Source of the DNA: Haliotis rubra
Taxonomy: Eukaryota
NCBI RefSeq assembly: GCF_003918875.1
Contig: NW_025767288.1
Span: 620,001 to 684,000 of the forward strand
Direction of reading: 5' to 3'
DNA length: 64,000 nucleotides
The notes beneath the pieces are model-generated. The model was given only the letters and a program-made list of their open reading frames with translations, searched no databases and was not told the DNA's origin. Of this stretch, positions 1 to 13,214 are shown one piece after another. The position numbers and the translations under genes are program-made. Position 1 is the stretch's first letter, and each line of letters opens with the position of its first letter.

Positions 1-419
1 AGAAAACATATCTTAAAGTGATACCTTTGGAAATATTATAACATACGCTACATATGAATGAAGTAAGTACAGGGCGTTTCCAGTGAAAGAGAACACGAGG
101 GCGTGGACCAGTCACTGCTGGAGGGGTAATTCACACACGGAGACTGCTGAGAAACCAGGGCCTCGTGATGACATTATGTTCCCCCTGCATATACTGCTAA
201 TAACCCCGGGGAATTGATGGGAGCTCAGATTAACACCGGAATGTCAGAGACTATTTCTGTACGTCACAGTATATCTACCCGCAATTCAATTACACGTATA
301 TGATAATTGAGCTTGATGATATGAACGTTGCTGAAATGGCTGTATGGTTTAATGGTGTGTAAAGATTCTTGCTGTTGTTCGTAAAAGGGTTCTCTACATA
401 CCTGTTACCTGTGATGTAA

Positions 420-865
420 TGGATCACACAGTGATACCAGTTGACTAAATGTGCCATTACACGTGGTACTGGATCACAGGTTACCATGTTACCAACCATG
501 TCATTACGCTTGACATTGAATCACATAGTGTTACCAGTTCACTATATATGTCATTACATTTGACATTTGATCATACAATGTTATATGTTTACCAAATGTG
601 GCATTACATACACTTGACATTGGATCACATAATGTTACCAGATGTGTCATTACACTTGGCATTGAATCACACAATGTTACCAGTTTAATTTAAATAGCAT
701 TACTCTTGGCACTGAATCACACAATGTTACCATGTTACCAGATGTGCCATTACACTTGGCATTGAATCACACAATGTTACCAGTTTAATTTAAATAGCAT
801 TACTCTTGGCACTGAATCACACAATGTTACTATGTTACCAAAGGTGTCATTACACTTGGCATTTT
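420..865. repeat. Degenerate minisatellite, ~49-bp monomer (GTGTCATTACACTTGGCATTGAATCACACAATGTTACCA...), youngest part as a ~98-bp dimer
   Basis: About 9 repeats of CATTACACTTGGCATTGAATCACACAATGTTAC; 640-740 and 740-840 are near-identical. Confidence 0.85.
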
Positions 866-1676
866 CCATGTTAAATTTGCAGACATGCCATGATGGAAGT
901 GACGTCGTCTATAATGTGTACTTGAAATGACATCATACAAGAACTTTCTTAGTGTCAATCACTACGTATGCCATGAACCATTTCTTCAACGAACGACATT
1001 CCTATCCCTACTCTACAAATCTGTGCATTTGGAACGAACATAAACTTCCTTGCATCATATCACCTTCAGATGTTTCTGAACTAACTCTGAACGTGTCGAC
1101 ACTTCACGATAGAGCAAGCATGAATGAACCAAACCCTCAATAATTCTTTTTCGTATCAGGGAATAAATCTCCTGGAATTTGTTCAAGGTTGATAACAGCA
1201 CACTTCTCACTACAACGTCAGACGACGTGTGATATCTGGATTTCAACGTGCAGTAATTAGACACAGGGTGCGATTTGTTAACACGGAGGTACAACCTTGA
1301 TGAATGTAAGCAGCTGTGTTGTAGCCGGCGGTAGTTCCCGCATTATATTGCCATGTCCCTACACATGCCGTAACACGTCAAGTCACGCTGACACCTTCGT
1401 CTAATAATATTCCAACGTAACGCTGAGAGGAACCCTCTCAACGATACGCGGTTTGTTTATTTCACCTATGTTTGAAGGTAAACAGAGAATGTGGAGAAAC
1501 ATCTGTTAGGTAAGTGCAGCTGTTCTGGATGAATTGATCCTATGGTTGAGGTTGATGTACAACAGTTGTGTTAATTCCCAAAGTATGACCGGCACATGAC
1601 TACAAGACTTAATTACTTTGTGCCATGTTAACGTCAGCAACGTAGACGTGATCATATCCCAGTTACATTATATTAT

Positions 1677-1903
1677 CCGGGTTAAAATTGGTCTTCAGCA
1701 ACCCATGCTTGTCGTAAGAGGTGAATAACGGGATTGGGTGGTCAGGCTCGCTGACTCGATTGACATATGTCATCGTATCCCAATTGTGTAGATCGATGGT
1801 CATGATGTTGATCACTGGATTGTCTGGACCACACTCCATTATTTACTGACCCCCACCATATAAGTTGGATATATTTTGCTGAGAGCTCCGTTTAACAACA
1901 AAC
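1677..1903 (+). mobile_element. Family A retroposon copy (slightly 5'-truncated, diverged)
   Basis: CCGGGTTAAAATTGGTCTTCAGCAACCCATGCTTGTCGTAAGAGG...tail AACAACAAAC; aligns to the 43165-43415 copy. Confidence 0.9.
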
Positions 1904-2494
1904 TTAATGCGGCCAAACACGGTTTACTAATTCAAAACAATTTACAGTCAAAAGTCATTATTCAAATGTGGGTAGATAGTTATGACCATAACTGCATTTT
2001 AGGTGGGTATGTGTGATTCAGAAATTTAGGTTTTTTTGGTAACCACATGAGCAGAGACATGCATAGTAAATTACGTGCACCCTGATTCTTCGGACGAACC
2101 AACGTTCGCACACACACAAAATATGATTGTTACTTCTACACACATATGTGTTCAATTTAAGTAGAATACCAAAGCAGCTTTTTTGAACAAACTTAATTGA
2201 TAACAACTTCTTTTATTTCGTGAGTCCAAAACAGCTTGTATAAAACGTTTCTTGACGGCATTTAACAAGACATTACGAATCTTTTATAACTCACGCACAA
2301 GCCCACCTTACGAAGCCCAGACATCTGGATGACACTTACCATGATATATCCACCTATATTTTATGACCTTGCATACGTCCTCTTTTAGAATCCAGACATC
2401 TGAATGGCAGTTACTACTGGGAGACTATGTTTACCTGTATGACCCGTGAATAACTCATCAAAAAGACTGACTGACTGACTGAGTTTGGTTTTAC

Positions 2495-2685
2495 GAGGTG
2501 ACTAACGGGATCGGGTGGTCAGGCTCGCTGACTTGGTTGACACATGTCGTCGGTTCCCAATTGCGCAGATCGATGCTTATGCTGTTGATCACTGGATTGT
2601 CTGGTCAAGACTCGATTATTTACAGACCGCCGCCAAATAGCTGGAATATTGCTGAGTGCGGCGTAAAACTAACTCACTCACTCAC
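2495..2685 (+). mobile_element. Family A retroposon, 5'-truncated
   Basis: GACTAACGGGATCGGGTGGTCAGGCTCGCTGAC...GGCGTAAAACTAACTCACTCAC. Confidence 0.9.
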
Positions 2686-2832
2686 AAGTATTCTGAGAAT
2701 CCGCTGTGCCCTGCAAGTTTCGTCCTTAGTGAAACCGTTGATTATGGGTTTGAATCCCGGTTCAGCCTGACTATGTTTCTACGTTTGTCACCATAAACGT
2801 GCTCGTGGGTCTCACCAAAATGGGTAAATACT

Positions 2833-2999
2833 GAGTGTGTGAGTGAGTTTAGTTTTACGCCGCTTTTAGCAATATTCCAGCAACATCACGGCGGGGAACA
2901 CCAGAAATGAGCTTCACACATTGTACCCTTGTGGGGATTCGAACCCGGGTCTTCGGCGTGAGGAGCCAACGCTTTATCCACTAGGCTACCCCACCGCCC
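2833..2999 (-). mobile_element. Family B tRNA(Asp)-derived SINE
   Basis: Reverse strand has A box TAGCCTAGTGG, B box GGTTCGAATCC, shared tail GCGGCGTAAAACTAAACTCACTCAC. Confidence 0.92.
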
Positions 3000-3067
3000 C
3001 TCATCAAAAAGAACTCGACATCTTGATGACAGTTACTACTCAGTGGACGTCGATATATGTATGAAAT

Positions 3068-3249
3068 TAGATTAACGCTTTGTCCCTGAGTATATATAAT
3101 TTAGATAGTAACAAATAAGCCCATTTAAATTTAAAAGGAGCCCCAGTGAGTTTGGAGATTCTGAACCTGGGGAAATCTAGACTTGCTTCATTTAGGGCTT
3201 TAGCACTGCAGGGAGGGCTAGGCATTAGGGAAATAATGTGGTTCAGGGA
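3068..3249 (+). mobile_element. Family C MITE (AcademH-like), 3' end missing
   Basis: Aligns with 9476-9672 (AAGCCCATTTAAAT...AAATCTAGACTTGC...AATGTGGTTCAGGG). Confidence 0.8.
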
Positions 3250-4249
3250 GATTCAAGAAACTCTGGATGACAGTTACAGTATGTATCTGCCTATACCTTT
3301 ATGACAAAGACCTCATTAGGGCCCAAATCACTACCAGAAGTTCATACTGATTCCAGAGTTTTCAACTAAACAACGTCGAATACAGACAGCACATGGGGAA
3401 ACAACCGTTTGCCCTTTGAAAAAAAGAGTTTCCTCTTGAGTATCTCGACGTCAACATTCTCCCATTCAGATTCATGTGTTCTTTGTCCCAGGACACACCG
3501 AGGATAACGATACAAACGTTCCAGTCAAATAAAGAACTAGGTTCTAGCATGAGGACATGGTGAAGGTTGTCTTTTAGCTTTAAGCCCTTTCAAAGAGTCA
3601 ATCAGTCAATGTTGTATGGGAAAGGAAATAATCAGAAATGTGACGGCTTGTAAGGGCAGGACCGAGTTGGATGTTGACAGTTGACATTATTTCTGCTTTG
3701 TTTACTGTATGTTTATCATTGGTAAAATGTAATACATTTAAAAATTGAACACGACTGAAAAAATACAAACGTTGTTAATGTTTTTTTTTCTACCATGAAA
3801 GCAGTGACTCGCCGAAAAACTGTTAATTGGATTTCCAAAACACAACTAAGATACTGATATCACATTGAATACACCTTTCCTGTTTGTCTCATTTTAAACC
3901 ACCATCATACATTGGTGTATAGTTTCTTTTACCCGACATTTTACATCGGTAACCTCTACTTAAAACCTCAGCGATTGATTCGACAAAATGAGAGAAGATG
4001 CATGCTAAAATTAGATGTTGACATGTGGAATATTTTTACATACATTGATGTACATATGCCCAATGCCATCCTTATGTCCTTGAACCCTTAGTAGATTGTG
4101 TCCCCTCACTTTCTTTCCATCGTTGTTAACTCACCAGGTTCTTGGCGTCCAACGATGAACATTAAATAATATAACACAAAATGGAATTGCGGAGCCTCTA
4201 ATATCCACTTTAGAGATGTTCAGTGGCGTTAAGGACAAATTACACGCAA

Positions 4250-4997
4250 AACCGAAGCCAATATCATATTACCCCGGTTAACCTTAGCTGTCTGTGAGGC
4301 GTTAGAAGGTTAACAGTCATAAGATCATCTTAACCCACCGGGTACCTGTTCACAGCTGGGTGAACTGAGAAACTTTGAACAATCTCATTGCCTAGGGTAA
4401 GACCACATATTTCACGTGTGCTTCGTTGTGAGGCAGGACTGAAGTCCAAGAAACGTTCAGGAGTCAAGGTGTCAAATACGGTCACCCATCCAAGGACTCT
4501 CAGGAGTCAAGGCGTCAAACACGGTCACCCATACAATGACTCATAGAAGTCAAGGTGTCAAACACGGTCACCCATCCAAGGACTCTCAGGAGTCAAGGTG
4601 TCAAACACGGTCACCCATACAATGACTCATAGAAGTCAACGTGTCAAACACGGTCACCCATCGAAGGATTCTCTGGAGTCAAGGTGTCCGACAAGGTCAC
4701 CCATCCAAGGGCTCTTAGGAGTCAAGGTGTCAGACACGGTCACCCATCCAAGGACTCTCAGGAGTCAACGTGTCAGACACGGTCACCCATCCAAGGACTC
4801 TTAGGAGTCAAGGTGTCAAACACGGTCACCCATCCAATGACTCTTAGAAGTCAACGTGTCAAACACGGTCACCCATCCAAAAACTCTCAGGAGTCAAGGT
4901 GTCAAACACGGTCACCCATCCAAAGACTCTCGGGAGTCAAGGTGTCAAACACGGTCACCCATACAAGGATTCTCCGTGACCAATGTAGCATAACCAC
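4250..4997 (-). mobile_element. 5S rRNA-derived SINE (SINE3) with CORE-like body and internally amplified box C
   Basis: Minus strand GGTTATGCTACATTGGTCACGGAGAATCCTTGTATGGGTGACC resembles the 5S internal control region; body contains CTCAGTTCACCCAGCTGTGAACAGGTACC; homologous to 13215-13697. Confidence 0.7.
4458..4975. repeat. 43-bp tandem repeat, ~12 copies (CAGGAGTCAAGGTGTCAAACACGGTCACCCATCCAAGGACTCT)
   Basis: 43-bp periodicity (4458, 4501, 4544...). Confidence 0.97.
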
Positions 4998-7558
4998 ACA
5001 CCACCACAACAGTTGGGGGTTGTTGTGGGGGAGGCAGCTGAAAATGGACAAGTGCCAACAGGCGTGCATGTGCAGAACTAAAACCGTCATTGTAAACAGC
5101 ATGGCATACAGAATCTTCCGTGAAGATAAGTCATGATAAGATCAACCAATGCCACCAACTGACTTCATGATATTTAGATATACACACGATACCACATGGA
5201 CAGACGCCAAAATGGTACAACAGGAATTTCTCACAGTTGTAGATCCTGTGTCGAAGTTTCCGACGGGGTTTCACAGGTATTTTTACATTCTTGTAGTTGT
5301 CTTCAGTTTGTCCCACATACCTAGAAAGTCGATTTGATTGTATACAACTATTTACAGCCTGTGATGCAGGATCAACGATAACGTCGAAACGCCGCCGGTC
5401 CTGGACGTTTACCACCTCACTGGTATAGAAAACCACGCTCACTGGTATGGTGTTCACAAATCTAGAAAGATAATCTCATGAACTAGGGAAACCACGATCA
5501 TAGGTTTCTAACACACCTAAGGGACAGAACTCCGCACATCGTATGTTTTTCTTTCAACTGTTTTTCTTTTAATTCGACATCATGATGATTTCGTTTTTAC
5601 TCAATATTACGTTTTCATTTTAATTCAGTATTATGATGCATTTCATTCATTTGAAATTTATGAGGTTTATATTTCAATTCAAAATGATTTTATTCAAATC
5701 AATATCACGATGGGTTTTTTCACTTTACTATGATGATGCGTTAAATTTAATTTATTTCATTATCAGAGCACGTGTACATCTAGCCTTGACCTATTATCCT
5801 AATAGAAGGGCAATGACTCAGTTGCATAAAGGACCTTTGTAGTAACGGCCAGATTTGGAATTGAGATCACGCAACTATGTTCCCCTTCAACGCCACATCA
5901 TCAATCCCGTTTCCTGCTGCGGGAAACAAACAACAGAATGTAGTGTTATCCATCTTTTTATAAGTAGCTAACTTTCGAAGTAAGACATGACGCAGTCGTG
6001 ACTCTCCTAAATTAGGACAGAAACAATTTCACGATTATGAGCTATAAGACCATTGTCATAATACCATGTCTGTTCATGTTCCGTGCATTACCTAATTAAT
6101 ATCTTTATGAAGGCACACATTTCAAAACAGTTATTGTGTTGAAAAAATAATATTAAACATAAAGTTACAATTTGGTTGGATAAAACCTAAACAACAGTTT
6201 CTGGTTTCACAGAGGCATTTGACCGTTGCATTAGAATAAATTATAGAATGCTCCATAAATGGTAATTGTAGAACAGCCCCGTGATTCGAGTGATTCACTC
6301 TGTTAGCCTCACTCGTGTCGTTAAAATGCCATCCCACTTTAAATTAATTCCACAGTATTAGTCACCAAAGCGAAATCCATCTACGATTCAGCAAAGTGGG
6401 GGGAATAAAGCATTATAAAATGTAATCAAGAAAATCAAACTCTTCAGTGTTAACTAAATAGATCCTGGGATCTACAGTGCGTGTTATTTCGTTGTCCAAA
6501 AAGCCACTAATAATCGCTGATCGTGCATATCGCCTTGCTTAACCCCTCGCTCTGCATGCACAGATTTACCAGTCCATTAAAGGGATTAAAGAAATGGTAA
6601 AATGAGCCATATAATGAGTAATGTGTGACTGAAAAACAGCAAAGAAACAGTTTATGCTTGTCGTTATAATCTTTATCAGCTGTCATTAACGTTTATGCTT
6701 TTCTGGTGCCAAGAGAACGTGAACGAAAAAGAGAGGAAACAGCACCCATAAAATGTTCTTATGAAATGTCAGAATTTTAAAACAATTTTAAAAGTGTGTT
6801 GAATTTACCCTTTACTTGAATTTCAAAGTAAACACAAGGCCTTGAAATTTAAGAAATTTTGTTGATATTTAAAAATAAATTGAGCCTGTGTTGTATGTAA
6901 CCCAACGCGGATGCCTCAAGGGATGTTTATAACGTATGTTACCACGGTCTCCTTTCATTAACTGGGGCATTGATAGTGGTGCTGAGGTGCTGAGAAATAG
7001 TGTAAGTTTCAAGTGTATGTTCTTTTTACTTCACAATCTGTTTATTTTTCAAAGAGAACGAAAAAGGCTCACCAAAGTGAATGAGAAATACACTTACGTC
7101 ATCGCTTTAACAAAGCATGACATTTTAACGAGTGCCAAAATTTCCCTTAAAATAGCCTATGAACAATGACAACTTCGTTTTTCAATGGGACTACATTCAT
7201 CAAGGCATTAGTACAACTCTCTGGTAAAAACTACATGTATGCAAAGCTTGCAATGCATACATACCTCGGTTAAATAATTTGATGTAAAAAAATGCGAATG
7301 GCAGAAGCATAAATGAAAGCGAAATTTAAAGCAAAATGTGAACTTGATGCAGAAGCGTTGAATGAGTGAAATGGTGGGCGCGTGGTTGAATAAATGAACG
7401 AACAAACAAATTAGGTCTTATACTTTTTTCATTAAATTTTTTATCTGTCTGTCTTTGATAATCAGATTCCTTAAGTTCATAACTTCAAAGTGAGTGTAAG
7501 CAAACACATCAATAACAGAATAACAGAATGTACATTGCACATTATAATGGTCACCAGA

Positions 7559-7854
7559 GGTGAGGTGAGGTGAAATAGGGTTTAACGTTGCACGTAAGGT
7601 CATTTCGCTCATATGACGACGTACATGCGTGTGTATGTGTGGCTGTTTGTACAAGCCCAGACTTTTATAGTGCTAGTTCACTGAGATACCATGCCGCAGT
7701 TAAGCATGAATAACCCACTCAGACACATTATACTGACTCCGAGCCGACCGGTCCTTTTTTAACCCATTAATGCCGAGCGCCAGGCAGGGACCAACAAGTA
7801 CCATACTTAAACGTCTTTTGGTATGACGCGGTCGGGGATCGAACCCGCGACCTT
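7559..7854 (-). mobile_element. tRNA-derived SINE of a third family, 5'-truncated near the B box, (CACCT)n tail
   Basis: Minus strand GGTCGCGGGTTCGATCCCC B box; 12-bp TSD ATGGTCACCAGA at 7547-7558 and 7855-7866. Confidence 0.88.
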
Positions 7855-8482
7855 ATGGTCACCAGAACAAGACAGCTAAATTGTATCATGAAGTTGAACG
7901 GTATTATCAAACATTCCCACTGTATTGGTCAATGAACACCACGTTTTACAATGCAGTTGTACAAACTATCACACATTATCATTTTAACGACCCCTTTAAC
8001 AAAACAGCATACTTGTATAACCATTTGACGTTTGAGAAGACCACCTTATGAAACTCGGGTCACATTTCTATAACAACACACAGAGATTTGGCAGAGCTCG
8101 TAGTTGCTGAGATCTCACGTCAGGAGAAAGCGACGCCGTTCCATTTCAGCTGTGAACTTCCATACCGGAACTGAAACCGGGCATATCTAACATATAATTC
8201 AAGAAGGGTAAACAAAATTATTGAGATTCCTTATCCATTAAAACTTTGTATTAAACTGTTGCTTCCTTGAACAACTTTATGTTGAAGTGTCTGTCTTTCT
8301 CGAAATGATGTCATAGTTATAGTGTCATCATATTAAAATATTATTATAGGTGTAAAACATGTGATGAGACAAGTTTCATAAAAAACAGACTGAAAGTGAA
8401 CCTAGTCAGTCACAATTTACATTCTATGTAGTTGTATAATGAATTAACGCCTGATTTGCCTTATTCTTCTGCTCAATAAAAT

Positions 8483-8600
8483 ACGGTGGTCAAGTAGATG
8501 AGGCGCTCGCTCGTCAAGCCGAAGTTCGGGTTCGATTTCCATATGGGTACAATTTCCATCGCTGGAAAATAGCTAAATGTAAAACCTAATCACTTCATGC
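8483..8600 (+). mobile_element. Degenerate family B SINE
   Basis: GCTCGTCAAGCCGAAGTTCGGGTTCGATTTCC. Confidence 0.7.
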
Positions 8601-8694
8601 AATTCCCACAAATAAGCTGTTTTAGTATGTTGGAGCATGAAGGAATAGATAATTAATTATGTAAAACAGATCCCTCAATGAAAATGGGTAGCTT

Positions 8695-8810
8695 TTTATG
8701 ATGGGTGACACGGTAGGACAGGATCCGCTCACCTTTAAATTGGTTTAATTCAGTAACACATGTTCATGATATGGTAGGAATTGAACAGTCTGCTCTGCAT
8801 TTAGCAGTGA
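8695..8810 (+). repeat. Dispersed repeat family E, degenerate
   Basis: GATGGGTG...CAGGATCCGCTCACCTTT...AACACATGTTCATGATAT shared with 38833-38990 and 44584-44720. Confidence 0.6.
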
Positions 8811-9475
8811 TTACGTAAGGATTTGGTCGCTCTTATTTATTGTTATTCTACACAAATCTGGTAATAAGGTTATATTAAAACCATGGCTTATAATATATCT
8901 GATGTCTTAACAGAATTGTTCTGTACTTGAGACCCACTTTTCAGATCATAATGTCAGTTACATGATCCGTATCCTACGAAGAAAGTGACAAAATTTACCC
9001 TCTTATTAAATAAAAGAAATGTCATTGTATGAAAAGACACGATCGTGTATGAACACGATACAGCCACTTTACATCCACGCCATACGTGCACTACATGTTG
9101 ATAATTGGCAACGCTGAGTGCACAGATAAACCTAATTAGCATAAGCACAAGTAATTATACTATCAGAATGCTGATGTTAAGTTAGTTTATGAAGGGCTGC
9201 CTTTGATACAGCTATTGAAGTACATTGTATGCCAGGAGTAGAAGCCGTCTTGAACTTTGACATTCGGTGTTAATATTGTTAGCAAAGAAGGTGAAGGTTA
9301 TTGTCCTAATTCGTTAACGCTTTCCATACGTGGTGCATAATACAAAAAGTGAACTGAATTTAAATATTACTGTTATGATGGAGTTTTGCATGTTTAATGA
9401 TGTGTTACTGTTATCATTTTGAGATACGTCTTACATGTCACTTTCAACTTGATTTAATTCAAACTGCGGCACGCT

Positions 9476-9672
9476 TAGACTAAGGCTTAGTCTCTGAATA
9501 TATATAATTTTGATAGTAACAAACAAGCCCATTTATATTGAAAAGGAGCCCTAGGGAGACCAGAGATTCTGAACCTGAGGAAATCTAGACTTGCTTTATT
9601 TAGGGCTTTAGCACTGCAGAGAGGGCCTGGCAGTAGGGAAATTAATGTGGTTAGGGACTGTGAGACAGACTA
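9476..9672 (+). mobile_element. Family C MITE, full length (TAG...CTA, 9-bp TSD; AcademH-like)
   Basis: Termini TAGACTAAGGCTTAGTCTCTGAA / GGGACTGTGAGACAGACTA; perfect TSD CGGCACGCT at 9467-9475 and 9673-9681. Confidence 0.92.
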
Positions 9673-11297
9673 CGGCACGCTATGTGACGCATGATGAAAG
9701 CTTTGGTACATCTTGATAACACAGAGAAACTTTGTATTACATATATTATTTTAAAGTGTTCTGTGAGCAACGATTTTACACATGGATGAACTGAAGCAGT
9801 ACAATGTCACAAAAGCGGCAAGTAAGTTTACATGGAAACACAGAGTGTAGGCCAGTCCAAACGCATGGTTGGTTGTAAATTAACAAAATACATTTGTTAG
9901 TAGCCTATGAAATCATGATGTTTCTTTGAAAATACTCCTTATCGCTATGGCAACATATTTCGCTTACTTGTAAACAGATATTAAAAATAAGTATAGCAAT
10001 AAAAACAAAGAGTTTTGTGAATTGGTTTGTCGAGATCAAATGCCACGGGTTCTCAAAATTTGAAAAGTTTGTCTGCAAAATAAAGATAACACATTGTTCA
10101 GGGTTCGGGCAAATATGAGATGACTCCAGGTTATTCGATGTTTTATAAATCCTTTAGAAATGTGTCATATGCCACACCATGTATGCACGCGGCGTAAAAC
10201 TAAACTCACACACTCAGACCTCCTGGTGTGTGTATTTGTGCAATACATGTTGTATTAATCAACGTCCGATTTACCAATATGATGGTGCCTCTGAAACAAC
10301 GTGGAGTAGACGTGTGACGACATAAGAGATGTGCGTGAACATCTGCTTTGTTTAATTACTGTCAGTAGCAGCTCTGGGAAGGACAACGGATCCTTAACAT
10401 GCGTAACTGGAGGAAATAAAAGACCCTCAAAACACGAACACCTACAAATATCCCCTGTTATTGACAAACGCCTTCATTGTAATGAATAGTTCTTTTCCTC
10501 TTCCCGGGGTTGAAAAAAAGTTTACATGGCAACTGTAAGCGTGTGAAGAACGTTACATTTTGTGTAAGATGTTTTCAGAAACCTATCCTTGTCGTTTCCT
10601 TTGACTATATCTTACTGTTACAAAGAGGGCGTTCCTTAGACACTGGCACTTAAGGCGTCTGGGAATTTTAAAAAGCTCCAAAAGCAAATGCAGTGCAAAA
10701 AATGTTATCTCAGTATGTACAAGTAATTTGGTTGCTCTCAGCTTCTCATCAACATGAAGCAGAGACTCAGCTAAGAAATTCCACAACACGCCCATAATAT
10801 CCCAGCAAACATCCTCAGCCCGGGTTAATACAGGAACTGTTTAGCCCTGATCAAGAATAATTAAATATGTGTAATCAAACTGTACTATCAAACAGCTAGT
10901 TCTAATGTTGCTCTTCCAGAGAGGAACCTGCACGCGGGTTTAATGTCAAGCTGAAGGAACATCTAGTGGAGAAACATGGCTTTAGGCAAACACAATCACT
11001 TGTCAATATGTAACTGTGGGACGGTTCATGTCTGGCTTTGTTTGCTATCATTGCTGCAGATGGTTCTCCGGTGCCAGTGGAACTTGGGAGTTTCCGGGTA
11101 CTGTGTAGGGCTTGTTGGACGGATGACGCTGGAGTTAGTAATTAGGCGGTATGTGGTGGCAGTGCAAGGGTTAAGGAGCCTGTAGTGCAGATGAAGGATG
11201 TGCACATTGGGTACAGTGTGTGAACATACGTCAGGCTGAGTACACTAAACGTGGATTCACACGAATGCAGAGGCAGAAAAACAGAAGTATGAAATAA

Positions 11298-11416
11298 ACT
11301 CATGCCAATAATGGTTGTCACCCCCCTCCCCCACCCCAAGTCCCCACACACCCACACCCCACACACCCTCTCCAATTAAAAAATTGAAGGGGCTGACAAC
11401 CATTATTGGCATGAGT
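11298..11416. mobile_element. Small MITE with ~28-bp TIRs (Tc1/mariner-like)
   Basis: ACTCATGCCAATAATGGTTGTCACCCC ... GGGGCTGACAACCATTATTGGCATGAGT, TA-rich right flank. Confidence 0.8.
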
Positions 11417-11489
11417 ATAGTAAAGATTTATGGATGATGTAGACCATTTGATAAGGTTGATGAATGTAAAACTACAATGTCATACATGG

Positions 11490-11731
11490 AGTGAATAAGT
11501 TTAGTTTTACGCCGCACTCAGCAATATTCCAGCTATATGGCGGCGGTCTGTAAATAATCGAGTCTCGACCAGACAGTCCAATGAAAAACAGCATGAGCAT
11601 CGATCTCCGCAATTGGGAACCTATGACATGTGTCAACTAAGTCAGCGAGTCTGACCACCCGATCCCGTTAGTCGCGTCTTACGACAACCATGGGTCACTG
11701 AAGATCAATTCTAACCCGGATCTTAACGGGT
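11490..11731 (-). mobile_element. Family A retroposon, full length
   Basis: Ends at ACCCGT on minus strand; ATACATGGA repeated on both sides. Confidence 0.92.
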
Positions 11732-12159
11732 AATATACATGGATAGCTTAGGTAGATTAAAGTATAAATATAGAGATGGGTGGATGTTTGATATATATTG
11801 ACACATAGATAAATCCATGAATGATGGATATGCAGTGCTCACAGCAAGACAGGTGTCTGGGAAAAGGATGACGAAATGAAAAACATGATGAATAGTTTGA
11901 ACGAATGGATGAATAGACAGATACACAATTTGTATAAGCGTGTGCAAACGCCACGAACCAGATACCAGCCACATGGATAGAAGGAAAAAAGAAAGATATG
12001 GATAAATATGCAGTAAAGTAAGCGATAGATAGACCGACGTAAGCACACACACAAACACAGATGCATGCAGAAATTCCTTGGAGGGCATTCAGAACTGATG
12101 AACATGTCTCAAAGCATGTTCAAATGCTGTCTTCTGTTGTCTTGGTTACCTATATACAT

Positions 12160-12225
12160 TGATTAGCGCTTTGAGCGTGCCTCAGGGTGAAAATGCACTG
12201 TCTAAATGGAACTTTTCTATTATTG
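12160..12225 (+). mobile_element. L2/CR1-type retroposon 3' tail remnant
   Basis: TAGCGCTTTGAGC stem-loop tail motif, also at 35485. Confidence 0.45.
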
Positions 12226-13214
12226 CCTTTATCAGTACCATCTATCAATCATCACCACCTGGTCTGTATCAACAACCTGGATTCTACCAGTTACCTGCCT
12301 TCTTGGTATCCACCTACCCTCCCCTTACTTTCTTATATAAACTGTTATTACATATACTGTTATCTTCTTGTGTACATTGCTTAAGGAGCAACACACAAAC
12401 AACATGTGTGTGTGCGTCGTGCGTGTGTGTGTCTACGCCGGGTCTGCACCATTCACTTGAAAAAAGAGAGAATTAACTCCAAAGCGTCTTGTTTAACAAA
12501 TAGGGAAGTTTATATCCAAAAAGCATTGACTCCCACATGCAGGCGATAGGAGATAGATACATCCGCGAGGTTCAACCGCAAATGTACAAATGTGGAAGGA
12601 AAAAGAAAGGATGAATAAGTCAATATTGTGAATGACTTGGTATACAGGTCCACAGGCGCACATAATACATACACATAACAAGACTGTACAACAGCAACCA
12701 AAAGAGGCCTCTCGAGGTTTACGAGGCATTACCTCGCCACTGTTCTGAACATACTGCATACATTCGGGCACTATAAATGCCAAATTCATGACAGCCCACC
12801 ACCCATGTGATGTTATTCAGGTACAACCAGTGCATCACACATAAGGTACATGTCTCTCATCACGGCTACACTGTAGCAATAAGGATCTCCTCAGAACGCG
12901 ATGATAAGTAATTGGTAAATGCTCACACACAAACCTTTGGAAGAACACATATATTTTAATTGGTTTATATTTCGGCATATTTTCAGAGGGAATGGTCTAA
13001 AGATCTGGATATTACGTTCCTTGATTAAAAACCTTGATTTTGTAAAGATTCCATTTTTGAGCAAACATAATTTAAATGTTTACTTCACACCTTATTGGAC
13101 AGTAATGCGCACTTCGTATTACCAATAATACTACATTGAGATTGGGATATTCTCGATTCACATATGCTAACAATGATGTTAATGGATGTTTGTAATGTTC
13201 CCATCCTGTTTAAG

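Noticed and set aside
5131-5457. GIY-YIG/Penelope endonuclease (YVGQT motif)
   Set aside because: Spacing to the expected R..L..R..EH motif is wrong and no other motifs are present
5600-6800. Cluster of TTTATG/CATAAA homeodomain sites as an enhancer
   Set aside because: Expected by chance in AT-rich DNA; needs conservation data
8110-8175. Possible minus-strand exon (FRYGSSQLKWNGVAFS*)
   Set aside because: Short, several frames open, cannot be linked to other exons
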